Shown here: positions 40,488 through 51,600 of the stretch, one piece after another
Layout of the letters: every line of letters begins with the position of its first letter
Numbering within the stretch: position 1 is the stretch's first letter
Assembly (NCBI GenBank): GCA_963727805.1
Contig: CAVSHF010000004.1
Span: 1 to 64,000, forward strand
DNA length: 64,000 bases
Origin: an uncultured Nitrospiraceae bacterium
Lineage (GTDB): Bacteria > Nitrospirota > Thermodesulfovibrionia > Thermodesulfovibrionales > Dissulfurispiraceae
Reading direction: 5' to 3'
Position numbers and translations under genes: made by a program
Notes under the pieces: model-generated
Told to the model about the DNA's origin: nothing
Database searches by the model: none
Seen by the model: the letters and a program-made list of their open reading frames with translations, nothing else

Positions 40488-41387
40488 TTAGTTATTCCTT
40501 TCTTCGGCTTTAGTCACGAGCCAGAAAACAATGCCCAGTGTTAGTATGAGCGCGATCAGATAGTAAAGTTTTTCGGTTGCTTCGTGCTTGAGGGCCATGA
40601 TCATCGTGTCTCGGATAAAAGCGACAAGGGCGACGCCTACGAAGACGCTGATCCTGAATTTCCCTCCCTTCAGGTGCTTTATCTCCGTATTCATAAGCTC
40701 AATCATAATCCAGAGCACGAGAAGTGACCCGAGCGATGTAATGATACCATGTTCGATGCCTACTGCTACAAGATCTTTTAAATCCATGGCAAAAAGTGCG
40801 ATAACTCCGAGAGTCAGACCGATCAGTGCGAGGACGAGCACAAGGTTCATGGTTTGAGCGAACCGCTCGGCAAACGATATCAGGGCGTTCCTGACGCGGT
40901 AGGCGGGAGAATAGGCCCTCAGCTCTTCCTCGATATAAGATGCTGTAATGACATCGAGGTTCATATCGAGGATTTTTTCAACCGAGATGAGAAGACGTGT
41001 TCTTTCTTCGGCGTCCTCGATATTGCGGTTCAATATATCGATGCAGCAATTTCTGACGATATTGATTGCTCTGTTCATATAGTGAGCATCCACCGAAACG
41101 CGAACATGTGTCTGGCCTATACGCAGCAGCTTTTCATAATATTTTGTGTCGTAGGTACCCGTAAAGAGCAGATGAAACCATGTTTTGTGGGATTCAAAGA
41201 CATACTGTCGCTTGCTGTCGTCGCTAAAAAAACGAGCCGTTTCGTCGATCTTGAGCACCCACGAATGCAAAGCGTTCATGACCACATCGACATGATCATA
41301 CATGAGCTCCTTTAAAGATCCAAGGAGCCGCTCGTCTTCGCTGCTGAAGTCGTAATGAGACTTTATTTCTTTGAAAGATCTCATCAA
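40488..41387 (-). CDS. Globin-sensor (protoglobin-like) domain fused to a PsiE-like 4-TM domain
   Basis: RIGQTHVRV proximal-His motif, KILDMNL, and C-terminal TM helices with IELM.T and AFIR. Confidence 0.8.
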   Translation of the reverse strand: MMRSFKEIKSHYDFSSEDERLLGSLKELMYDHVDVVMNALHSWVLKIDETARFFSDDSKRQYVFESHKTWFHLLFTGTYDTKYYEKLLRIGQTHVRVSVDAHYMNRAINIVRNCCIDILNRNIEDAEERTRLLISVEKILDMNLDVITASYIEEELRAYSPAYRVRNALISFAERFAQTMNLVLVLALIGLTLGVIALFAMDLKDLVAVGIEHGIITSLGSLLVLWIMIELMNTEIKHLKGGKFRISVFVGVALVAFIRDTMIMALKHEATEKLYYLIALILTLGIVFWLVTKAEERNN

Positions 41388-41409
41388 TGTTTCAACGGTC
41401 TCTGGCCGC

Positions 41410-42012
41410 TCAGGACCTCTCTTTTTTGATCACTGCTGTCAGATAATCGGCTATCAGGGTGTCATAGCGGGCGGTATGGGTAAAGACTTTATTGGCAAAT
41501 TTGAGCTTTGTATCCCTGCTAATCTCACCGCCGGATTTCTTCATCTCCTGGAGGACTACGGAATAGTCGGCGGGGTCGACCACCACGGTAACGTCCGCGA
41601 AATTCTTCGAAGAAGCCCTGAGCATGGCAGGGCCGCCAATGTCGATATTCTCGATGGCCTCATCGAAGGTCACGTCAGGCTTCGCGATGGTTTTTTCAAA
41701 TGGATAGAGGTTGACGACAACGAGATCAATTGTGCTGATTCCGTGCTTTTTAATATCTTCCATGTCCTTGGGATTGCTGCGGCGCGAAAGTAGGCCGCCA
41801 TGTATCTTCGGGTGGAGCGTCTTAAGCCTTCCGTCGAGCATTTCTGGAAAGCCGGTATAATCGGATACCTCAATGACGGGAACTCCCGCATCGCGTAAGG
41901 TCTTTGCCGTGCCGCCGGTCGAAAGGATCTCAAGTCCCATGGCGGACAATTCTCTCGCGAAATCAACAATGCCTGTCTTGTCTGAAACGCTGATCAACGC
42001 CCTCTTGATCAT
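41410..42012 (-). CDS. purH: Stand-alone IMP cyclohydrolase (N-terminal domain of PurH only)
   Basis: [32 protein letters not shown] and HTARYD motifs. Ends at the domain boundary. Confidence 0.9.
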   Translation of the reverse strand: MIKRALISVSDKTGIVDFARELSAMGLEILSTGGTAKTLRDAGVPVIEVSDYTGFPEMLDGRLKTLHPKIHGGLLSRRSNPKDMEDIKKHGISTIDLVVVNLYPFEKTIAKPDVTFDEAIENIDIGGPAMLRASSKNFADVTVVVDPADYSVVLQEMKKSGGEISRDTKLKFANKVFTHTARYDTLIADYLTAVIKKERS

Positions 42013-42121
42013 AATTAAAACCTCCTCAAAAAAGTTAACGATCTGATCTTAAAAAGATAAGATGCAGAAAAAAGCCGACTCGTACGTCTATTGTATCACA
42101 ATATACCTTTTTCTTTGAGGC

Positions 42122-42682
42122 TCACATGTGAACGTCGCAGATAATGATATGACCGAGGGCGGCTATACCGATAACATCGCCGGCCTGCTTCCGCTTTGCG
42201 GTGAGAAAGATGTCATCGGGACTCGGCGTCGGATTTCCGCTCGGATGATTATGGATGAAGATGAGCGATACGGAGGATGCTCTTATCGCCTCCTTGATGC
42301 CTGATGGCGATACAAAAACGAATTGGTGGGTGTGCCTTCGGATATAAGAATGGATCGCGGAGCTTGAGAAAAAAATGGGAGTACTGTCGTTGCATTGGGC
42401 CTCAAATACCGCTTTGCCTTGAGCTATCTTTGCTGTCTCAATACCCGTGATAGCGGCGCGATTGGCGCCCAATGCGCTGTCCAGATTGAGGAGATGCTCA
42501 TAAGTATAGTGGAATGCGATAGCAAGTCCCACCACCCCTTTATCGCTGCTGTCAGTCTTGCGCATCGCAAGCAGTTGGACATCCGAAAGGGCCTGAGCTC
42601 CGTGTCCGAGAATACATTCCCGCGGCCTTTCATTGTCGGGCCACTCATTACCTGTCGCGCAAGAGTTTATCTTGCGACTCAC
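42122..42682 (-). pseudogene. radC: Degenerate RadC (JAB domain)
   Basis: ERPRE..ALSD and HNHPSG..SPDD motifs retained, but the central region is deleted or scrambled and LDHII is altered to LGHII. Confidence 0.75.
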
Positions 42683-42702
42683 TTTTCAACCCTCGTATCA
42701 GC

Positions 42703-44667
42703 TTATTTTATCTTTGCACCTGTCTTTACGTCCCTTTCCGGTGTGAGAACCGTAAGGGTCCCCTCGTTGTCGGTGGCAGCCAGCAGCATACCCTGGGATT
42801 CGACCCCCATAAGTTTGACCGGCTTCAGATTGGCGAGCACGACGATCTTTTTGCCAATTAGGTCCTCAGGCGAATATGCCTTTCCAATGCCCGCCACGAT
42901 CTGGCGCTCCTCTCCGATATCGACCTTCAACTTTATAAGCTTATCGGACTTCTCTACTTTCTCAGCTGCTATTACCACACCTATCTTGAGTTCAATCTTC
43001 GCAAAATCCTCGATGCCGATCGTCTCTATTAACGTAACAGGTGGCGCTTCGGTCATTTTGGGGTTGTCCTTTTGTGTTTCCACCCTTTGCGTCTTCTGAG
43101 TTTTATTCCCTTTTTCGATCCTCGGGAAGATCTGATCGCCCTTTGTAACTTTTATCTCGTGTAACGGGTTCCATTCCCATGTGAAAATGCAGGAACGGTT
43201 CTGTTCCACATCTTCTGTTAGAGAACGGAGGCCGAGCTGTTTCCACATGCTTTCTGCTGTTGAAGGCATGAAGGGATAAATCGACACGGCTGTTACCCTT
43301 AGAGCATTCCAGATTTCGAAGATAACCGTCTTGAGTGCAGCGGGATCGCTTTTAGCCAGTTTCCAGGGCTCTGTGCGCGCGATATGGTTGTTTGTCGCTC
43401 TGACGATGTTCCATATATGTTCGAGGATGGCATGCAACTTGAGATGGGACCAGTACGTATCCGCCCCATCGTCAAGGGCCAGGTTGAGTTCACCGGCACA
43501 TTCATCTGCGAAATCTCTTGCGATATAGAGTTCGGGCCGTTCTATGCGTCCGTCAAAATACTTTTCTGCCATGGTAAGGAAACGGCTGAGCAGATTGCCG
43601 AGGTCGTTGGCGAGGTCGGTATTGATCCGCCTGATCAGTGCATTTTCCGAGAAATCCCCGTCCAGGCCGAAGGTGACTTCTCTGAAGAGGAAAAACCTGA
43701 ACGCATCGGCACCGTACTTATCAGCCATTGCATTGGGGTCTACGACATTGCCAAGGGATTTCGACATCTTGGCGCCGCTGATCGTCCACCACCCGTGAGC
43801 GAATATATTTTTTGGAAGTGGCAGTCCGAGGGCCATAAGCATCGTTGACCAGTAGACCGAATGAGTTGTCAGTATGTCTTTACCGATGAGATGATGATCT
43901 GCAGGCCACCAGTCGTTACGAACCTCAGGAGCAAGATATGTTGTCGCTGAATAATAATTAACCAGCGCATCAAACCATACATAGGTTGTATAATTTTCAT
44001 CGAAGGGCAGGGGGATACCCCAGGCGAGCCTGCTCTTGGGTCTCGAAATGCAGAGGTCTCCGAGCGGCTTTGATTTTAAAAAACCGAGCACCTCATTTTT
44101 TCGCGTTTCAGGCAGAATAAATGTCTCGTTCTGCTCGATATAATCGATGAGTCTTTGCTGATACTTTGACATGAGAAAGAAGTAATTTTCTTCTTCGATA
44201 GGCTCTACCGGCCGGGCACAGTCGGGACAGATGCTCTCGGTGATATCCTTATCCGTCCAGAACCGCTCGCAGGGAGTACAGTACATGCCGCAATAAGAGC
44301 GCTTCTCGATCTCACCTTTGTCGTAGAGTTCCTGCAAGAGGTCACTGACGCATTTTTGATGTTGCTTGTCAGTCGTTCTGATGAAGGCGTCATTGCTGAT
44401 GGACAGCTTTGCCCAGCTCTTCTTGAAGTTATCGACCATGAGATCGGCGTGCTCCATTGGCGTCCGGCCCTTTTCCCTGGCTGCCTTTTCAACCTTCTGA
44501 CCGTGCTCGTCTGTTCCAGTGAGGAAAAAAACATCTCGTCCCTTGAGTCGATGGTATCGGGCAAGGACGTCGGCTGCTATTGTCGTGTAGGCATGCCCGA
44601 TATGGGGGATGTCGTTAACATAATATATCGGCGTAGTGATATAAAAGTTTGTTTTCTGTGAACTCAT
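42703..44667 (-). CDS. metG: Methionine--tRNA ligase with C-terminal tRNA-binding domain
   Basis: HIGH, KMSKS, YVWFDAL motifs and a C-terminal OB fold. Confidence 0.98.
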   Translation of the reverse strand: MSSQKTNFYITTPIYYVNDIPHIGHAYTTIAADVLARYHRLKGRDVFFLTGTDEHGQKVEKAAREKGRTPMEHADLMVDNFKKSWAKLSISNDAFIRTTDKQHQKCVSDLLQELYDKGEIEKRSYCGMYCTPCERFWTDKDITESICPDCARPVEPIEEENYFFLMSKYQQRLIDYIEQNETFILPETRKNEVLGFLKSKPLGDLCISRPKSRLAWGIPLPFDENYTTYVWFDALVNYYSATTYLAPEVRNDWWPADHHLIGKDILTTHSVYWSTMLMALGLPLPKNIFAHGWWTISGAKMSKSLGNVVDPNAMADKYGADAFRFFLFREVTFGLDGDFSENALIRRINTDLANDLGNLLSRFLTMAEKYFDGRIERPELYIARDFADECAGELNLALDDGADTYWSHLKLHAILEHIWNIVRATNNHIARTEPWKLAKSDPAALKTVIFEIWNALRVTAVSIYPFMPSTAESMWKQLGLRSLTEDVEQNRSCIFTWEWNPLHEIKVTKGDQIFPRIEKGNKTQKTQRVETQKDNPKMTEAPPVTLIETIGIEDFAKIELKIGVVIAAEKVEKSDKLIKLKVDIGEERQIVAGIGKAYSPEDLIGKKIVVLANLKPVKLMGVESQGMLLAATDNEGTLTVLTPERDVKTGAKIK

Positions 44668-45632
44668 TTTTTGAAACGCCTCCTTCTGTGCCGTCTACGG
44701 TCTTTTTGCCCCTGTTCATCGCTTTTCTTATCCTCTTCTTTAGGGATAGTTGGTGGAGTTGAGAGCGGGACCGCCGGCGATTCAGTATTTTGTGCTTCCG
44801 TGCTGGCAGTGGCAGGTTGAGCATGCTGAGCATGCTGCTCTCCCTGTTCAGCCGGATGAGCTGGCTGAGCCGGATGAGTCGATCTGGCCGGATGGGGCTT
44901 CTTTTCTCTTTGGTGCGATTTAGAAATCTTTTTCTCAACTATCTCGATTGGGGCGTCCTCCGCGCCGAGAGGTATCACGTCATCAGTGGCAATAGTCCCA
45001 AGGTCCCCGTCATATTCGTATCTGAGGCAGCACATGAGCCTGCTGCAGAGGCCCGAGAGCTTGCCGATATTTAATACCATTTCCTGTTTCTTAGCCATTT
45101 TTATCGATACCGGCTCGAAGGTAGTCAGGAAGGTATTGCAGCACAAAGGTCTGCCGCAGACGCCGAAGCCACCGACGAGTTTGGCCTCGTCACGTACCCC
45201 AATCTGTCTCATTTCGATCCTGGTTTTGAAGCGGGCGGCAAGGTCTTTTACTAGTTCCCTGAAATCGATTCTCCCCTCCGCAGTAAAATAAAAAACGATC
45301 CTCTTTCTGTCGAGGGTCGCCTCGGTCGAAACAAGCTTCATAGGGAGCCCCCTCGCCATGATCCTCTCCAGGCAGAAGTCGCGAGTCTCTTTTTCGAGTT
45401 TCTTGTTCTCCTCCTGGGTTTTAAAATCATCATCGGCAGCGAGCCGGACAACGCGTTTCAATTCCCTTTCGCTCTTCTCGATCGTAATTCGCTCTCTGAC
45501 AACCCTTCCGAGGCTAAGGCCAAAATCGGACTCTACTACGACATAATCACCCTCTTTTACCTCAATAGCGTCGACTTCAAAGTCGTATATTTTGCCGCAT
45601 GATTTGAATCTGATACCGATTATATCGGGCAT
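44664..45632 (-). CDS. ricT: PSP1-domain protein (RicT/YaaT) with low-complexity tail
   Basis: RIDFRELVKDLA, CGRPLCC, KMAK and CSRLMCCL motifs. tmk-holB-ricT-metG synteny. Confidence 0.9.
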   Translation of the reverse strand: MPDIIGIRFKSCGKIYDFEVDAIEVKEGDYVVVESDFGLSLGRVVRERITIEKSERELKRVVRLAADDDFKTQEENKKLEKETRDFCLERIMARGLPMKLVSTEATLDRKRIVFYFTAEGRIDFRELVKDLAARFKTRIEMRQIGVRDEAKLVGGFGVCGRPLCCNTFLTTFEPVSIKMAKKQEMVLNIGKLSGLCSRLMCCLRYEYDGDLGTIATDDVIPLGAEDAPIEIVEKKISKSHQREKKPHPARSTHPAQPAHPAEQGEQHAQHAQPATASTEAQNTESPAVPLSTPPTIPKEEDKKSDEQGQKDRRRHRRRRFKK

Positions 45633-45693
45633 TTATTGTTATTCCTCCGTAAAACGCTATTTGGCAGCCGAATACTGGTTCCAGATCGTATTA

Positions 45694-46644
45694 TTAATGA
45701 TCTCGATGTCGCGGCTGGACGACTGTATTTTGTATTATACCCGATACGTAGTTCCATGTGATTGATTTGTTAAGATTAAGGTCGATCAAGCCCCGCACTT
45801 TCTGGAGGCGCTGATAAGCATCGAGTACCAGCCCGATTTTCCCGGCTGTGTACTTTTCTCCGTATAAAAGGTCTGATTCCCTCCCCGTAATACCTAAAAC
45901 AGCAACGTCTCTTAGAAGAACGAAGGACAGATCAAGCCACTGTTTTATTTCATTCTTGTCAGACCATGCACAGCGGGTTTCTCCCCGCGTCATGCCGGTT
46001 AAAATGTCCAGGAACCATTTCTTTTCCTTGGCAAAGTCCTTTGAGATGCCGATTCCCGGTCTTCCCGTAATAAGTCCTGAAAAGGGCCCGAGGTTTTTGC
46101 CAGGGGCTTTTAAGGAAAGTACACGTTTAAATGCTTCGTCTGAAAGCGGGCGAAAACGGATATGCATGCAACGAGACCGTATAGTTTCAGGCAACCGGTC
46201 AGGGCTAGCCGATACCAGGATGATAATGCTATCTGACGGGGGCTCTTCGAGGGTCTTGAGAAAAGCATTGGCGGCATTGATGTTCATAAAGTCAGCGTCA
46301 TCGAAGATGAGGACCTTTTTCATGCCCTCGTATGGTCTGAGAGAAAGCATCTCTCCTGCCCGCCGAATCGCCTCTATCCTGATTTCATCATTTTCGGGTA
46401 GCAGGGTAGTGACGTCAGGATGCGACTCGACATCAATCTTTCTGCACGAATTACAGTGGTCGCAGGCGTCGAAATCGACAGGCTCCAGGCAGTTGAGGGC
46501 TTTTGCATAGTTGAGGGCAGCAAGCCTTTTGCCGATGCCGGAGTCTCCGGAGAGTAAAATGGAAGAGGGCACGTGTCCTGTCTTTAAAGTGCCAGAAAGG
46601 ATCCGGACTGCCTTGTCCTGCCCTATGATAGTGTGCAAGGACAT
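45694..46644 (-). CDS. holB: DNA polymerase III delta' subunit
   Basis: Zn cysteines, HPDV, ANAFLKTLEEP and TIRSRC motifs. Confidence 0.93.
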   Translation of the reverse strand: MSLHTIIGQDKAVRILSGTLKTGHVPSSILLSGDSGIGKRLAALNYAKALNCLEPVDFDACDHCNSCRKIDVESHPDVTTLLPENDEIRIEAIRRAGEMLSLRPYEGMKKVLIFDDADFMNINAANAFLKTLEEPPSDSIIILVSASPDRLPETIRSRCMHIRFRPLSDEAFKRVLSLKAPGKNLGPFSGLITGRPGIGISKDFAKEKKWFLDILTGMTRGETRCAWSDKNEIKQWLDLSFVLLRDVAVLGITGRESDLLYGEKYTAGKIGLVLDAYQRLQKVRGLIDLNLNKSITWNYVSGIIQNTVVQPRHRDH

Positions 46645-46695
46645 ATCAGATTATTAGGGTTATGAGTTGATATTTATAGAGTGATACGCTCGTCA

Positions 46696-47358
46696 TCATA
46701 ACAGTCCTTTTTCCTTCATTGCTGCGCCGACAATCTCCCATAGGATGTTCTGGACTTTTTCAAGCGGAAGGGAAGCATCTATTATTTTGACCCGTATAGG
46801 GTCTTTCTTAGCAATCTCGTTAAACCCTTTCAGGACCCTTTGATGGAATTCAATATCTTCAAGTTCAAGCCTGTCGACCTTGTTGATCTTTCTGTTCCTC
46901 TTGAGTCCCGTCTCGATGTCGAGGTCAAACAGAAGGGTCAGGTCGGGTTTGATCCCGCTGGTGGCTATAGCATCGAGTGAGGCGATGAGTGCTAGATCGA
47001 TGCCGCGGCCATATCCCTGATAGGCTACCGTCGAGTCGGAAAATCTGTCGGTAATGACGATCTTCCCTTCTTTCAGTGCTGGCCCGATTTTCTCCGATAG
47101 GAGCTGAGCACGTGCTGCATTGTATAGAAGTAGTTCAGTCACAAAGGACATCTCACTGTGATCGGGAAGGAGTAATATCTCCCGTATCCTGCTGCCGATA
47201 ACCGTGCCTCCCGGCTCCTGGGTTAGAAATACATCGAATCCGGTCTTTGACAAACGTTCGGCAAGTAATGCGGCCTGGGTTGTTTTGCCGGTGCCTTCGA
47301 TTCCTTCAAGAGAAATGAAGAAGCCCGCTCTTTTTGTGGTTTTAGATTTGGCTGCCAT
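46696..47358 (-). CDS. tmk: Thymidylate kinase
   Basis: EGIEGTGKTT, EPGG and DRF..S..AYQG motifs. Confidence 0.96.
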   Translation of the reverse strand: MAAKSKTTKRAGFFISLEGIEGTGKTTQAALLAERLSKTGFDVFLTQEPGGTVIGSRIREILLLPDHSEMSFVTELLLYNAARAQLLSEKIGPALKEGKIVITDRFSDSTVAYQGYGRGIDLALIASLDAIATSGIKPDLTLLFDLDIETGLKRNRKINKVDRLELEDIEFHQRVLKGFNEIAKKDPIRVKIIDASLPLEKVQNILWEIVGAAMKEKGLL

Positions 47359-47370
47359 AGTCGGACAATA

Positions 47371-48387
47371 TCATCCGACCATCGCTTCTTTTGCGCGCAT
47401 GGTCAACTGAAATATCTTTGTCGCTTCTTCAACAGTTCTCGAGCCGGTCCCGCAGGAAGGAGTGATCAGGGACTGGGAATAAACACTATCTGATCCGATG
47501 CGGGTATGCAATGCTGACACCCTCTTTTTCAAGAGGGTGGAGATATCTGTGTCAGAGACTGACAGAATCGCGTCCGAGGTCGGCACTATTCCCCAGGCCA
47601 GATATCCTCCCTTTTCGAAAAAACCTTTAAGATCTTCGTAATAAAGGGCAAGCGTATCGAAATATTCAAAGGCATCGAAATTGAGCATCCTGACGCCGCT
47701 TTGTATGATCATCTTCCAATCGGCCTTTCCGCAGCAATGTGTGCCGGATATGCCTCCTGCACCTTCGATGGCTGATACAGTGTCGCCGAGCAACCTCATT
47801 ATCTCGCTCTCCTTGACACCCATATAAGAAGAACTCCCGACGGCGGAGAAAATAGGTTCATCGATAAAAATAATCACCTCATCTGCAAATTGCTTTAGAA
47901 TATCAACCTGCCAGCGGGCTTTTGCCTGCAGGAGCATGGAGCCGACCTCACGTAATTCCTCGTCGAAATAAATAGCCGCTCCCCTGCTGTCTTTAAGTCC
48001 GAGGGTAAAGGTGAGGGGACCCGTGATGTGCCCTTTCAATAGCCTGAATTTTCTATGTTTGACGGATTTCAGAAAGGCGTGCAACCCGGCAGCATAATCT
48101 TCTGATATCGCGATCCTCGTACTGTCCGTATGTGATTCATAGAACCGCTCAAGCTCATCGCTTCCGTCCCTTTCGACGTGAACCTTTTGATGTTCCTCAT
48201 CGATTTTTAAAAAGGGCATTCCCTCGGCATACTGGAGGACCATCGACTCCCTGAAAGAGTATTTCGGCAACTGGGGCCAAAAGGGGATGTCGAAGACCGC
48301 CTCGATAAGGGCGCAGGCCTCCTGTGGGCGCGTGTGAGGGGTACTGCCTATGCCGGTGGTGGAAAAAGGGCTTATGATACTGGACAT
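47371..48387 (-). CDS. Core (single-barrel) cobalamin-independent-family methionine synthase
   Basis: GIGS.PH, PFWPQLP, KGHITGP, DEP, HCC and PSCG Zn-ligand motifs. No N-terminal folate-binding barrel. Confidence 0.75.
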   Translation of the reverse strand: MSSIISPFSTTGIGSTPHTRPQEACALIEAVFDIPFWPQLPKYSFRESMVLQYAEGMPFLKIDEEHQKVHVERDGSDELERFYESHTDSTRIAISEDYAAGLHAFLKSVKHRKFRLLKGHITGPLTFTLGLKDSRGAAIYFDEELREVGSMLLQAKARWQVDILKQFADEVIIFIDEPIFSAVGSSSYMGVKESEIMRLLGDTVSAIEGAGGISGTHCCGKADWKMIIQSGVRMLNFDAFEYFDTLALYYEDLKGFFEKGGYLAWGIVPTSDAILSVSDTDISTLLKKRVSALHTRIGSDSVYSQSLITPSCGTGSRTVEEATKIFQLTMRAKEAMVG

Positions 48388-48517
48388 GTTGTATTATAAC
48401 ACTCCGGCCGGGAGACTGCGGTTGGATGCCTCCAAATTCTGCCGGTCAAATATTTTTCATGATAACGGTAACTGAGATTTGATTCCGGAGAGAGACCCTG
48501 CCGAGAAATATCCCGTG

Positions 48518-48610
48518 TTATTTTCTCCTTTGGGCCCTTGTGCTCCTGCGGAGCTTACTGTGTTTGTGTTTACGCATCTTCTTTTTGCGCCATTTGACTA
48601 CGCTTCCCAC
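48518..48610 (-). CDS. 30S ribosomal protein bS22 / AURKAIP1-COX24 family small basic protein (absent from ORF track)
   Basis: GTG start after GGAGGTGAGG. Translates to MGSVVKWRKKKMRKHKHSKLRRSTRAQRRK. Confidence 0.85.
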   Translation of the reverse strand: MGSVVKWRKKKMRKHKHSKLRRSTRAQRRK

Positions 48611-48628
48611 GACCTCACCTCCTTTTAA

Positions 48629-51600
48629 TTACTTCTCACTTCTCACTGCTTCCATAAAGGCTTCGAGCTGCAGTCCCATAGTCGGCGATTCACTGCCGTC
48701 GTAAGGGATACTAATGCATGGAATCCCGAAATCTTTCCCCATTTTTTTGAGTAATGCCGTCACAATTGTGCCAGGCATGCACCCAAAAGGCATTGCGTTG
48801 ATAATGCCTGCCGCCCCGCGCTCGATCAGGTCTATAGCCTTGCCGATGCTCAAGACTGTCTCTCCTTCAAAGGAGTCATGGACATATGGCGCTGCCTTCT
48901 TCATTATGTCCTTTATTTCCGGCTCGCTGACCGACTTCAAAAAACCCTCGAAGGGTTTCGAATACCTATGCTCGATCCGCTTTTGGAAAAAGCGTTTAGT
49001 AAAGAGATTCATGATATCAGACGTGTCTTTTTTTATCAAGGCCTTCCGCATAGACATGGCATTGATATAGTTGATCCACTCATCCATGGAAGAGAGCCAG
49101 ACCTCTCCCCCAAAGGCCTCAATTTTTCTGATCAAGTCTTCGTTAGAGAATTTGTGAGACCGGACGAATATCTCGCCGACTACTCCGATAAGGGGCTTCT
49201 TTTCGGGCCATTTTGGCATCGAGAGGAACTCTTTTTTCATTTGCTTGAGAATCCCCTCCATGTTCCCATTGCCACCTACGAGAGCCCTGTAAATTTTTTC
49301 ATGGTAAAGGGCATAGAGGGAATCGGCATCTCCCACCATTTTTTCATAAGGGCGTGCTTCATGGAGACATTTTGTGAGCAGATCATATGCGACAATACCC
49401 CTCCACGCTGTCATCGCGAAGCCGTTTCCTACAATGCCAATCGCACGGTAAAATTTGACATCCTGATTGGGGGAAAAGATGGGCACGTCATCGAGTCCGA
49501 GTTTATCGAGGATAAGTTTATGCGAAACGGTATACTGTCCAAAACGGCATGGGCCGCTACCCGAAGGCATAAAAAAGGCCGATTCATCGGGTCGAAAGTC
49601 AGAGGACAAGACCTTTTTCAGCATATCGCCTGCGGTGATCAGATACGGGTAACATTCCTTGCCAGAGACATGCCTTCTTCCGATGTCGACCGATTCCCTG
49701 TCCGAGTCGGGCAGCACCTCGGCTGAGACGCCACAGAATTCAAAGGCAGCCCTGACGGCATGGGAGTGGGCCGTCATGTGCGGCATATAGATGGTCCGTT
49801 TGTTAAGAGCGGCAGGTCTGACGCGCGAACGGGAAATTGAGGAAGTCATTTCGATCGGGTTGATCTTTCTATAGTCATTATCCCCATTACTTCTTCTTTG
49901 CTGTTCGATGCTGTCCAGGAATGCCTCGCATCGAGTAATGGCCCCGGCATCGGCACTGTGTTCGTCGATCTCGATATGCAGGAAGGGCTTCTCACCCATT
50001 TCTTCCTTAAAATATTTCAGTATAAAAGAATCAGGACCACACGAAAAATTCCCGATATATATCGCATAAAGGTTTGGATTGTTCCTTATGATCCGAGCGG
50101 CCTTCAATATTCGCTGGCCTGAGCGCCAGTACATGTTCGGCCACGAATCCCCCAGACTCTCGTCCTCAAGGGCCAGGAAATCCATGGGAATTGAGAGCAC
50201 ATCGATGTGGGAAAGCTTCTTTGGTATTTCGAGGTTGACCCCGGGATCGTAGGAATTATACGCCCTGCCGACAATAACGATAAGAGGCCGTTCGGGAGTC
50301 ACGGAATCCCTAAGTATTTCTTTACCTTTGTTCTTGATCGACCTTCTGAATTCAGACTGTGCGAGCTTTGCCGCGGTAAAGGCATGGTTAATGTCTCTCG
50401 CCTTAACGCCAAATTCAGCGAAAGTTTTTTTAATCTCTTTTTTGATATGAACTTCCCCGCGCTCGAAATCAATAACAGGTGTCAGCATCTTAAACCCGCC
50501 GATTGCCGCCATGGTGATATAGGGAATCGTCTGGGTATGAGGGCAGGCGAGGCCTGTGCTGTATTCGTTTGCTTCGTTGTTTATGTTAATAAAACTCGGG
50601 ATAAAGAGTGCGTCGACCCCCTCGTCCTTTAGATATTTAACATGGCCGTGGGATACCTTTACCGGAAAGCATGCCTCGGAAAGCACGTTTTCGACTCCTA
50701 AATTGATGATCTGCTTGTTTGTCCTTGGTGATACGACAACATCGAAGCCGAGCTCCCAGAGAAACGTTGACCAGAAGGGCAACAGGTCCTGAAAGAAGAA
50801 GATATATGGGATGCCGATTCTCGCCTTGCCTTCGCCTTGCCGCGCTTCTGCTCTTTTATTGTGCTCCTTCCAGAGCATCTCTTCCCTGTATGAGAAGAGG
50901 TCGGGGAGGACCGACTTTTGCGCGTGACGGATGTCATACTTTTCACATCTTCCGCCATAGAAGAGGGGGGTCGTTTCTCCCTGCACTTTTACCCTGTTGA
51001 TTTCGCATACATTAGGGCATCCTTTGCATTCGAAAGAATCGATCTCATAAGATCTTTGAGATAATTCGAGACCCTTAAAAGCTGTGGCTTTCAAAGGCGC
51101 GGCACTCATGCTCTTCATGGAGAGCAGGGCCATGCCGATAGCCCCGGTGACATCGTGGTTGTCAGGAACGGTAACCTTTGCGCCGGTATATTTTTCAAAG
51201 GCGGCGACGACGGCCTTGTTAAAGGCAACGCCTCCCTGAAAGAAGATGTTCTTACCCACGAATTTCCCTGCAACTACTCGGTTTATATAGTTCTGGACGA
51301 TCGAGTAGGCCAGGCCGGCGAGGAGGTCATCTTTTTCGTGGCCTTTCTGGAGGTTTGCCATCAGAGAGTTTTCCATGAAAACCGTACAGCGCTCTCCCAG
51401 TCTGCATGGATTTTTGGACCGGAACGAAGCATCGGCAAACTCATCTTTAACCGAGATATTAAGTTTCTCAGCCTGTTCCTCCAGAAAAGATCCGGTGCCC
51501 GCGGCACACGCCTTGTTCATCTCGAAATCGACGATAATACTGTCTCTGATAGAAATGTATTTCGAATCCTGACCGCCTATCTCGAAGATTGTATCGACGG

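Noticed and set aside
44815..44895. Short imperfect 9-bp tandem repeats in the ricT tail (PAQPAHPA, QHAQHAQ)
   Set aside because: Ordinary low-complexity linker expansion within a coding region.
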